Source of the DNA: Isurus oxyrinchus
Lineage: Eukaryota
Length of the DNA: 64,000 nucleotides
Direction: 5' to 3'
Assembly (NCBI GenBank): GCA_026770705.1
Contig: JANJGN010000022.1
Span: 47,554,001-47,618,000, forward strand
This document shows positions 39,391 through 49,945 of the stretch, piece by piece. A model generated the notes under the pieces. That model made no database searches and was not told the origin of the DNA. It saw only the letters and a list, made by a program, of their open reading frames with translations. Both the position numbers and the translations under genes were made by a program. The first letter of the stretch is position 1. The number at the start of each line of letters is the position of its first letter.

Positions 39391-40574
39391 CAAATTGACT
39401 TTTTATAAAAGATGTTACATATGATTAGTGAACTGATTAGTGAACTTGAAATGCAATTTTTTTCCAAATAATTACAAATGTTTGATAAATAAGGTAAATG
39501 CTAATAATTTCAATTATCCCTTATAGGAACTCCAAAAACTAGACTCTAAGAAACATATTTCAATTATATTTCAATTACAAAGTGTTTGGTGGAAATGCTA
39601 AACACCTTTTAGAAAGTCGAACAATTATGCATAACATAAAAGAAAACTTTAAAATGAACATTAATCAATGTTAGAAACTGTTGGAAACCCGAGATAACCT
39701 AATGAAAACTTCAACAAATGTAACAGCTTTGGCAAATTTAGACAAATATCTAGCCTCTTTGAGTCATTTTTTTTTTTACTTAGCAGATGTAACAATTCAA
39801 AAACAAGGCAGTCATCAATAAAGCAGGATGTGACAGTGATGGTCACAATTTTCCAATCAGGCAGCCTTCCCAAAAAAAGAGAAAGAGAAATTCTCCTACT
39901 TTCTTTCAAGGCTTGCTTTGAATCCTCTAGCTTCACTCCAGAAGAAAGACAACCCCCCATTTTTATAACCTGCCACCCGTTGGTTATGTTCCAACTATGT
40001 TCAAACCATAGTGGTTACTTGTCCTGATTTACAGCCATTTTACGTTTGAGTTTAACTTAACACTGGCAGAATGGGCATAGTTTTGGGTGGAACTTCTGGG
40101 TTGTGGCTCTGTAGAATACCTCAAGCCCCTGGAGGGTAATATTATTTATTATAAGTGATGACAGAAAATTGGAGAGGCATAAATAAAAGGATAAAACAAA
40201 ACAAAAAGAATACAGGACAAACAAAAAGAGGCAGAAAAGGAACGGCAAAAGAGTGGGAAATAAGCAGCGATTCAATTAGTGGAAGAAAGAGAGACATTGT
40301 TTAATTTTGAATGTGAGCATTAGATAACTTCATTAGATATATTAATTAAGTTAGTTCCTTTTCAATCAATCTGATTGATATTCTGAATAAATATCGCATC
40401 CGATTGCTCAGTAAGAATCATGCAATCCACCCATTGAATAAAATGTCTACTCTTCCATTAATGTGATTTGTCCATGGGAACAATGTTTCCGGTTAGGTAG
40501 CATTTTTGCAATAATTTGTTTTTTTTCTCTTCCAGCAATGTCAACTTAACCATATCACATACACAGGAGATTAC

Positions 40575-41880
40575 TAAGGCTGGACTCAGTTGGCAGCACT
40601 CTCGTCTCAGGTCAGAAAGCTGTAATTTTGTTACGATCTCTGTGGAGGCTGATAACTTTTAAAAAGAAATTTGTCTTCCAGTTAACAGCTGAACAAAATA
40701 TAACACATAAGGTTTCATGTTTTAAAACTTTTACTGTATCAAATGACTAAAAACACTATTGACTAAACACTATTTTCTTTTATCGGAAACTTATTCATTA
40801 ATCATAAATCGTTCCTTTTTACTCATCACACACACACTCTCCAAGGAATTATCGTTCTTATCTCAAACATTTCACAGGTGCTCCCAGCTTCCAATGGGTT
40901 CGTTCCTTTTCACTTTCCCAGCTGGGTAACTTCAAATTCCAGAATTATCTCTCATTGTGAGGGTTACACTGTAGACTTCTTCCTCTAACTTTATGCTAGA
41001 CAAGTCTTCCAGCCTCCTTTAACTCCTCCTCATGAACTCAGTTTTTAATCTGACCGTAAACTCCCACCTGCGTTCTGCATGATGAACGATAGAGTCAGCG
41101 TTTCTCCACATATGGTGCAGGCCTAGGTGATCCTATCTATTGCTCTTTACTTCTCAGTTGGCTACAGACCACTCAAGGCAAATCTGCAACTGCTGTCTGA
41201 CTGTGATATCCCTGGGATCAAAGAGAAGCCTTTAACTTAACACCTTTCCAGGACTTTGGAAGATTCTGGGTCTACTCATTGTGGATTTAGAAACTGCTGT
41301 TTGTGGCCCCAAGAGTAAATACCTTCCACCTACCTAGTAATAAGACAATCTGGGTCTTCCTCAGATCTTCAACAATTAAAGCACCAGGCTTACTGTCAGG
41401 CAAACTGCAACACTGGTCAGAAAACCCCCATCGTCTACCCTATATTTAAAGCTACAGTTCCAAAATACAATAATTTTAGAAATCAAAAGGTACAATCCTA
41501 AAACATAACAATCTTGCAAACCTCTCACAAGTGTAAAAGGTTCAAGTCCCACTCCTGACACTTGAGCACAAAATCTAGGCTGACCCTACAGTGTAGTACT
41601 GAGGGATTGCTGCGCTGTCGGAGATATCATCTTTTGGATGAGACATTAAACTGAGGCTTCATCTGCTGTCTCAGGTGGATGTAAAAAATCTCACAGCACC
41701 CTTCAAAGAGTAGGGGTGTGCTCCCTCAACCAACATCACTACAACAGATTATATAGTCATTATCTCATTGCTATTTGTGGGACCTTGCATTGGCTGCTGT
41801 GTTTCGTTGCATTAATTCAAAGTGTAAAACACTTTGGGAAGTCCTAAGGTTGTGAAAGGTATTCTATAAATGCAAGTCAT
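40575..41880 (+). mobile_element. DeuSINE split by a solo LTR
   Basis: tRNA head GGCTGGACTCAGTTGGCAGCACTCTC at ~40578 continues at ~41538 as GGTTCAAGTCCCACTCC...CTTGAGCAC. Confidence 0.7.
40629..41529. mobile_element. Solo LTR (Gypsy-type)
   Basis: TGTTACGA...TCACA termini. The first ~100 bp are homologous to the LTR-like sequence at 49946. Confidence 0.65.
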
Positions 41881-43552
41881 TCATTCTCCTTCTCCATCAG
41901 GAGCCATGCCAAAAGGGCGTTGGTGACCATGGACTTCCATTACATTGGTCCATGTTTATGCTTGGCAAAGTACTGCAGTTGCCTTCTGCAGTGTGGCTGA
42001 CCAGGAAAGTCTCCTACTCTTTACTACCTGCCTTCAGGCGTACTGGAAGGATTTATAGGCTGATACTCAACCTGTTTGGCTGCATTATTAATGTAAGTTC
42101 CATGGCTATCAAATCCGGAAGTGGAATTTGAAACCCAGAGGTAGGGGCACTATTACTGCACCTTAAATCCCCCTCATTCATATTAGAAAAGCTAATTATT
42201 TATTCATAATTCTGTGTAGAATCAGTTTGGGATTATTATAAAGACAGTCATGATTCAACTTCCTGCAACAATATAAGCATTTTGGTGAAAAATAATCTTA
42301 TATTGATGAATGGTGTACAAAGTTATTTTTGTATTATGAAAATATGCACATCAAATTTTTTTTAACAACTCTCCTGTGAAGCGCCTTGGAACGTTTGACT
42401 ATATTAAAGCCTATATAAATATAAACCTGCGTGTTAAGTGACTATATAAATTGTTTCTCCATGTGAAGATTTTATGATTTCTAGGAGCACTAATAAGAAA
42501 AAACATTAGAAATTCAGCCTATTGCCCCCATTCTACAACATGAAAATAAATGTAGTATTATTGCACTGTAATCAAAAAGTAAATCCTTAAACTTAATGAC
42601 TAACAAAATAAATTGTTATTAAAGATATTCCTTTTGCAGCAATACACTGTAATCCTATAAAGCAAAATATTACACACGTTATAGGTTTACACTAATATAC
42701 TCTAACTTGATACTGATTTTTTTATAGTCAATATAAACACATAGTTATTGCAGTTTGCAAAAACTACATTACCTCAGGCGATTTTCCTCATTTATGTTTA
42801 ATGGGCTATCATTTTCCAAATGGATTTGCATTAAAAATATTAAGGTACTACACTAATTAATATTTTAAATGGTACTTAAGTTGTATGGTCATTTTTGGAA
42901 TAATTTCAGTTCTGTATTTACTCCCTAATGACATATGCAGAATTGAGCAGAACCCATTGTTGACCTTTATGCTCTTAATTTTTCTTTTAGCATTACACTA
43001 ATTTGTGGATAAATCACGGCCTTTGCCAGTTTTATGCTTGATGGGTGTATGTGTGATACACCACAGGGGCTCCTTAATAACTCAAGTGTTTTTGCTTGAG
43101 TGAAGTCCTGAAGAAATTATTATATTATAAGCAAATTATCCAGTGCTACTGATCCCTGGTTATCCTCATCACCAGTTACAAATTGCCAGCCGTTGGCAGT
43201 TTTGAGTCTGACTGTATATATACACTTTGTGCTTCAGTCTTGCTTTGTCAACGTTGAATATCAGTTTACATTCTCTTAGGGTCAGCATCAGCTTTGTCTT
43301 CCACAAGCAGATTCCACATCTCTAGCAAAAAGCCAGCTCTTTGACTATGGATTTTAAATGTACGCCGCCTTGTCCTACCCTTCCTATCCATCTCAAATAA
43401 CTACTCAATGGAACTGAATCCAACTCCTTCATCAATTTAAACACCTCAGTTATATATCATGTAAACCTTTCTTAAACAGTCCTAACCTTGGCGCTTTTCC
43501 TGATAACTAAGAGCCCCAAGAACGAGGTATTATCCTGGTCAATAATAATATA

Positions 43553-43775
43553 CAAAATAAAAACAGAAAATGCTGGAAAAACTCAGCAGGTCTGGCAGCA
43601 TCTGTTGAGAGAGAAACATAGTTAATGTTTCAAGTCTGTATGACTTTTCTTCAGAGCTAAGGAGAAGTAGAAATGTGAAGGAATTTATACTGTTTAAGGT
43701 GGGGTGGAGCAGGTGAAGCAAGATAAAGGGGCTAAAGAGAGATTGACCAAGATGTTGTGGACATAAGACAATGCT
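43553..43775 (-). mobile_element. Penelope-like terminal repeat fragment with hammerhead motif (43620-43658)
   Basis: Minus strand reads AGCT-CTGAAGA-A-AAGTC-ATACA-GACTT-GAAAC-ATT-AACT. Confidence 0.65.
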
Positions 43776-43789
43776 TGGATTCATGCAAG

Positions 43790-44590
43790 AGAGGTTTAGA
43801 GCCAGTATGAAGTGAGTTTATTTGAAGGAGGGTTGGGATTGAGTTTAGTTAAGGAGTTGAAGGAGGTGGTGGTTTAGAGCTAGGTTTGGGCAGGGATTAG
43901 GTTTTGAGTGGAGGATAGAGGCTGTTTTCTCAGGCTGAGGTTAGCATAGGGTAATGTTGGGGTTGGGTTTAGGGTAACATTATTTGGAGCAGGCTTAGCG
44001 TTAGAGTAGGTGACTTTATTTTGGAGGAGGGTGATTAAAATTTGGGTTTCTTGGAGGATGAAAGTTCTCTGCGTTTTGGATATAAGGGTAGTTTTGGAAT
44101 TAGTGGTCAAAGTTAGGCAAGGGGGAAATCATTTGCAAGAGGAGGGGTGGTTGTGGGTTGAGGTGGATTTGGGTTTTAGAGGGAGGCTCTGTGCTTGGAC
44201 TGATGTTCAGAGAGTCTTGAATTTAGGGCTTTAAATTAGATTAGGGTGACTTAGTTGGGTTCAGGGATGGAGGAGGAAGGTTCTGTGGCAAAGCCACTGT
44301 TAGAGTCAGATTTAACAATTAAAGAGTTGGCATTGGTGACTTTGTCTGTAGAAATGGGGTGGGTGGTGGAAGGAGGTTTAAGGTTAGATTTTGGTTGGGA
44401 TTCAGGTGGAGGAGGGAGACTCTGTGCCAGCCCAATGTTATTATAGGGTGGGAGTTATGGATTATAGTTTAGGGTGACTTTATTTGTAGGAGGAGGAGAT
44501 TTAATGTTAGGCTGAGTTTGGGTTGCAAATCATTGGGGTTGGAGTTAGGTTTTGGATTGGGTTAAGGAAGTAAGATTTGTGGTTAAATGA
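43790..44590 (+). repeat. Degenerate TTAGGG-like G/T-rich hexamer tract
   Basis: Many TTAGGG/TTGGGG/TTAGAG/TTTGGG variants and strong C depletion on the plus strand. Confidence 0.6.
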
Positions 44591-44965
44591 TGCATTTTAC
44601 AATCTCTGAATGTCCCAAAGTGCAGTCACTACTGTAATGTAGGAAGCACAGCAACTGATTTATCCACAGCAAGGTCCCTTATACAACAATGGGCTAGATT
44701 AGATATTCATTTTTGTGTTGTTGGTTAAGGAATATATTTTGACCAGACACCAGGAGAGAACTCCCCCACTCATCAAAATAATGCTATGCGATCTTTTACA
44801 TCCACCTGAGCGTGGATGTGGCCTCAGTTTGATTTTCATTCAAGAAACAACACTTCCAATACTGCTGCACTCCCTCAGTATTACACTGAGAGGGTTAGCC
44901 TAGATTTTGTGCTCAACTCTGGAGAGGGGTGTGAACATTTCTCACTCAGAGGCGAGACTGCTACC
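44590..44965 (-). mobile_element. DeuSINE-type SINE
   Basis: GCTGCACTCCCTCAGTATTACACTGAGAGGGTTAGCCTAGATTTTGTGCTCAA is the reverse complement of the core. Confidence 0.7.
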
Positions 44966-45410
44966 TTAGCTAAGGCAACCTAATAATCTTGGATGTGCAT
45001 GATATGGTTAAATTGACATTGCCAACAGAGGAAGAACCAAATCATTGTAAAATGCTACTCAATTCGACACATGGGACACATTGTTTCCACGGACAAGATT
45101 TGTGCTCAAGTCTCTGGATTGGACGTGAACCTATGACTCATGATTCCAAGGTAAAAGTGCTACCAATTGATCCAGATATGGGATTTGATGAAATTGGGGC
45201 TAGGTTTTTGGTAACCCCCCCCCCAACACTTAGAAATTCATCCTCCTGAGAACTGACAGCCGAAGGAAAGTCAAGATCCTTGTTTATATAACTGACTTGC
45301 ATGTAATTGTGCAGATAAAATTTAAGGAAATTGGCATTAAATAGGGATGAATTTCTAGGTGTTGATGTGTTTCTAAATAACTCTGTTGCATAGACAAAGT
45401 TTGGTTATAT

Positions 45411-45568
45411 AAAAGCAAAATACTGCGGATGTTAGAAATCTGAAACAAAAAGAGAAAATGCTAGAAAAATTCAGCAGATCTAACAGCATCTGTGGAGAGA
45501 AAAAAAAAGTTAACGTTTCGAGTCCATATGGCTTTTCTTCAGAAAAGTCATACACACTCAAAACATTA
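45411..45568 (-). mobile_element. Penelope-like solo terminal repeat with inverted hammerhead pair and 17-bp TSD
   Basis: ACAAAGTTTGGTTATAT at 45394-45410 and 45569-45585. Hammerhead core CTGAAGA...GAAACGTT on the minus strand at 45508-45544. Confidence 0.75.
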
Positions 45569-45699
45569 ACAAAGTTTGGTTATATCTTGAGTTGGGTTTG
45601 CAGACTGAGTTGAGGTTTGGATTATGATTGAGTTTGAAGGTTGGGTCCAGTTTGTGATTGGAGTTGGGTTCAAGGTTAGGGTTGAATTTTAAGGTTGGA

Positions 45700-46150
45700 G
45701 TTGGATTTCAGTTTTGGATTAGGGTTGAGTTTGAGGTTAGAATTGGATTTCAGTTTTGGATTAGGGTTGAGTTTGAGGTTAGAGTTGGATTTCAGTTTTG
45801 GATTAGGGTTGAGTTTGAGGTTAGAGTTGGATTTCAGTTTTGGATTAGAGTTGAGTTTGAGGTTAGAGTTGGATTTCAGCTTTGGATTAGGGTTGAGTTT
45901 GGGGTTAGAGTTGGATTTCAGTTTTGGATTAGAGTTGAGTTTGAGGTTAGAGTTGGATTTCAGCTTTGGATTAGGGTTGAGTTTGAGGTCAGAGTTGGAT
46001 TTCAGTTTTGGATTAGGGTTGAGTTTGGGGTTAGAGTTGGATTTCAGTTTTGGATTAGAGTTGAGTTTGAGGTTAGAGTTGGATTTCAGCTTTGGATTAG
46101 GGTTGAGTTTGAGGTCAGAGTTGGATTTCAGCTTTGGGTTCAGTTTGAGG
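45700..46150 (+). repeat. 42-bp minisatellite, 10 full units plus a partial unit
   Basis: Unit GTTGGATTTCAGTTTTGGATTAGGGTTGAGTTTGAGGTTAGA starts at 45700, 45742, ... 46078, 46120. Confidence 0.95.
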
Positions 46151-46209
46151 GTTGGAGTTGCATTTCAGTTTTGGGTTGAGTTCAGGTTGAGGTTTGGTTT
46201 AGGATTCAG

Positions 46210-46660
46210 ATGTGCGTGCGTGGGGTCGCAGTTACCATGCGCTCCCACGGGGGGCGCCACATTCGGACCCATTGCTCCTCGCGCGGTGGAAAATTCCAGG
46301 CGGCCATGTCTCGGAAGGTTGTTGCTAACCTGTTGAAGGTGATGTTACCTAGAAAGAGTACCGCCCGCCCGGGAACCAGCTCCACTCACCCCTCCGCTCA
46401 CCCAGCCGTCAAACACGACCGAGAAAAGTACCAGTTCTCAATTAAACTGGGCGGTAAGTAGCCTGGGCTGGGGCAGCCTCCGATTCGAGGTCAAGCAAGA
46501 AGCCGGCGACTAGGCCGAGCTCCCCAGCAAATGTTTCCATCCTTCACCAGGGCCGCTGGATTGTACCCGGGCCACTGAATAAATCACAAAGCATCTACTG
46601 CGCAAACTCAGAGCCGGCCTCCTCTCCGGGAGCTGACGGTAAATGCGCACGCGCTTATTC
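46210..46660. promoter_or_regulatory. CpG-island-like putative promoter / first exon of an unidentified gene
   Basis: CpG-rich and not recognisably a transposon. NRF1-like TGCGCACGCGC at 46644, CTCF-like CCCACGGGGGGCGCC near 46244, RFX half-sites, strong donor GCG|GTAAGT at 46453. Confidence 0.55.
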
Positions 46661-47784
46661 TCTATTTCAGACCTCCCACTTCACAAGTCTTGACCTTTTT
46701 CTCGGCTGCCATTCAGCCATTCATTGGGATGAATTTCGAGATATCGGTGGGTTTCTAAATAACGTATTTTTGTTGTGCAAACACTTTCCTCTCACTGCAG
46801 GTCATTGCAACCCAATTTAGGAATGGAACCAATCCCAGCAGTCCAGTGACTTATCACACCTTCATCACTTGACCATCATTAATGAGGACTGAAATGTTTG
46901 TGGATTCATCATATACTTCAGAAGCCATGGTTGGAAAGTATTAAGGGTTTCATGGACATTGATTCTGGAAGAATTACCTCCTGGTAATTCCTTCAACTTC
47001 AAGTCTTAAGTGCACGACAGCAAATCTGGAGAGGGGTGCCCCCTGAAAGATGTGATGGGAGCTCAGGACAAGTTTCCATATCAAGAGGTGCTGCCAGGTG
47101 TACAAGACTGCAGATTATAAACCACAGCCATCAAAGTACCTGCATAAAAGAAGGTATTGGGGAGTGCCAGATGATTTGGGTTGTCTACCAGTGAGTGCAG
47201 TAAGTATCTTCCCTCCTACGTTATGCTTTCCCATGTACTTTGAGGGCTTTGAAGGTCAAATTATGAGGATAGGTTGCAGAAGCTTGGCTTGTATTCCTTT
47301 GAACATAAGATTGAGAGACGATCTGATCGAGGTATTTAAAATGTTAAAAGGAATTAATAGGATAAGTACAGAGTAAATATTTCTGCTGATGGTGGAAGGG
47401 GAAACCAAGTTTGTTTCATGATCTTAAAATTAGATCTAGGTTATTTAGGAATTAAATCAGGAAACACTTTTCTCATAAAAGGATGTGAAAGGGAGGCAGA
47501 TGCATGATTCTGACTGCAGTGGAACCTGACTGAAAGGAATGAGAAACATGGACAGTTTGTTAATTATGTTACTCCCTTCCAGTACAGAGCAGTGCTTCAA
47601 TAAAATGGGGAGAGCACCTTGAGTTTCCTTTTGAGGGCCTCTGTTTGTGGACCCAAGCCATGAGTTGTGGACCATAGGAGTAGACAATGAAAGATCCCAC
47701 TATTTAAAGAGTCCCCTCCCCTCTGCCTGGTAAATACTAACCTTCAACCAACACCTAGAACACACAGTACCTATGACATTACCT

Positions 47785-48265
47785 AGATGAGTGCAGTTCC
47801 AACAACACTCAGGAAGCTCGACACCATCCAGGGCCTGCTTGATTGGCACCCCATCCACCACCGTCAACATTCACTCCCTCCACCACTGATGCACAGTAGA
47901 AGCAGTGTGTACCAACTACAAGATGCACTGCAGCAGCTCACCAAGGCACCTTCGACAGCACCTTCCAAACCCACGCCCGCTACCATCTAGACAAGGGCAG
48001 CAGATGCATAGGAACACTACCACCTGCAAGTTCCCCTCCAAGCTACTTGCCACCCTGACTTGGAAATATATCGCTGTTCCTTCACTGTCACTGGGTAAAA
48101 ATCCTGGAACTTCCTTCCCAACAGCACTGTGGGTGAACCTCACCACATGGATTACAGCAGTTTAGCAGAAGGCAATTCTTGAGGGCAATTAGGGATGCTA
48201 GGACAATTAGGGACAACAAATGCTGCATTTGCCAGCAATGTCCACATCCCATGAATGGATTAAAC
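47785..48265 (+). mobile_element. CR1-clade LINE (second family) 3' fragment
   Basis: CKFPSKLLATLTWKYIAVPS motif and tail GAGGGCAATTAGGGATG. Confidence 0.8.
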
Positions 48266-48329
48266 AAAAATTAACACTCAGCAACAGCAATGTTTCCTGT
48301 ATTACATTTTAAAGGGCTACAGGAATAGA

Positions 48330-48900
48330 GATTTCTGGGGGTTCACATACACAAAAGCTTTGAAGGACAAGTTGGGAAGCAGTTCTTAAAAAAAAAAGCT
48401 TTTGGGATCTTTGACTTTATTAATAGATGCTTAGTGTAGAAAAGTAAGAAAGTTATACTAACCCTTTGTAATTCACTGTTTTGGCCTTAGTCTGGGATGT
48501 TGTGTTTAATTCTGAATACTACACTTTAGAAAGAATGTCAAGGCCTTTGAAAGGGTATCAAGGAGATTGACAGGGATGATATCATGGAACTGCTGGAAAG
48601 TGGGATTAGGCTGGTGGTTTGTTTTCAGCTGGCGCAGACATGATGGGCCAAGTGGCCTCCTTCTGTGTTGTAAACTTTCAATGATTCCATGATAGTAGAA
48701 ATATGGAATTCTTTCTTCAACAACCCCCCCAGACCCCCGTCACCCCACCACCACCTACCAAAAGGCTGTAGATGTGGGGTCATCTATTTTTGATATTTAA
48801 GGAATATGGATGGGGTTGATGTACATCCCGGCCATGCTCTAATTGAATGGTAGAACAGCCACGAGAGGCTGAACAACCTATTGGTGCTTAAGTATAGTCA
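48330..48900 (+). mobile_element. Degenerate CR1 3' fragments
   Basis: CR1-like 3' UTR GATGGGCCAAGTGGCCTCCTTCTGTGTTGTAA...TTCCATGAT. Confidence 0.55.
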
Positions 48901-49305
48901 GGCAAGAGTGGAGTCCTGACTCTCTACAGAAATTACCAATGTTAGGTGCTTATCTATAAATGATACTGTGGACTCTAACATAATTGCCCCTCCAGCAACT
49001 CAGTGTTTGTTCTTGTGTTCTCTCCACAGAAGATTCTGAACTGTCCATGCTACAGAACACCACTGCACCAGAAGTTGCTCAAAAGCTGCCTCCACTATAC
49101 TATACCAGACCAAGACACCTGCAAAAGGAATGTTTCCATTGTATTGCAATTACCAGTGCACACAGAGTTTCGGCACAGCAGGCTCCAGACTAATACTTCA
49201 CTCTTTTGCCAATATAATGTGCCACTCAAGCTCTTGACGTGGTACAGAACAATGTCACAAGGCTGATCCAGGGGAAGGAGATATAATGAAGGGAAATACT
49301 CAATT

Positions 49306-49400
49306 AAAAACAAAGTGCCGTAAAAACTCAGCAGGACTGGCAGCAGATGTGGAAAGAGAAACAGAGTTTATGTTTCAGGTTGGATGACCTTTCATCAGAA
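49306..49400 (-). mobile_element. Penelope-like terminal repeat fragment with canonical CUGAUGA hammerhead core
   Basis: Minus strand reads TT-CTGATGA-A-AGGTC-ATCC-AACCT-GAAAC-ATA-AACT (49365-49400). Confidence 0.6.
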
Positions 49401-49945
49401 TGGGTTAGACCTGAAGGAACTGAGTGCAGCCAGTTCAGAGGGAAACAGCTTAGAGTGCCTGAAGGGAGCAGAGAAATTGAGATGGTTGATGAGACCTGTC
49501 CATGCCTTGATGAGACCTGTCCATGCCATCAGCTCTCAAAGAAATGATCGAGGGGATAAGAGGCCAGAGGGAGGGGTCCACGTGGAGTGAGAATACTGAA
49601 AATGGGTAACAGTGTCCACTGTGTGGTGGGTGAAGACTCCTGACCAAAAAAGTGGGCATGGAAGCAAAGGTGACTGAAGAAAAACTCAATGTCACAGTGA
49701 GCTTTGTTCATTGCAGTGGGGGAGTACAGCAATAGAGCTGACCTCTTTGCTAAGGATAGGTAGTTCAAGTTCAGAAAGGAGAAGTTGGAATCAATACCTG
49801 CCAAGAGATGAGATTAGAAGGAGGGAGGGCATCAGTGGCAAGTGAGAGGGAAGTAAGATCTGGATGGGTGGTAGTAACCTTAAGTTGTGGGAGCTTGTGA
49901 TCCTTAACACCAGAAAGGCAGAACAGATGTTTTTTAAGGTGTCTG

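Noticed and set aside
45700-46150. CRISPR-like array
   Set aside because: Head-to-tail units with no unique spacers, no cas genes, and vertebrate DNA.
45658-46336. Long repetitive ORFs (173 aa and 213 aa)
   Set aside because: They are stop-free frames of the 42-bp minisatellite, with no evidence of protein coding.
49486-49527. 21-bp perfect tandem duplication TTGATGAGACCTGTCCATGCC
   Set aside because: Ordinary local slippage duplication; no GAAA partner, so not a hammerhead.
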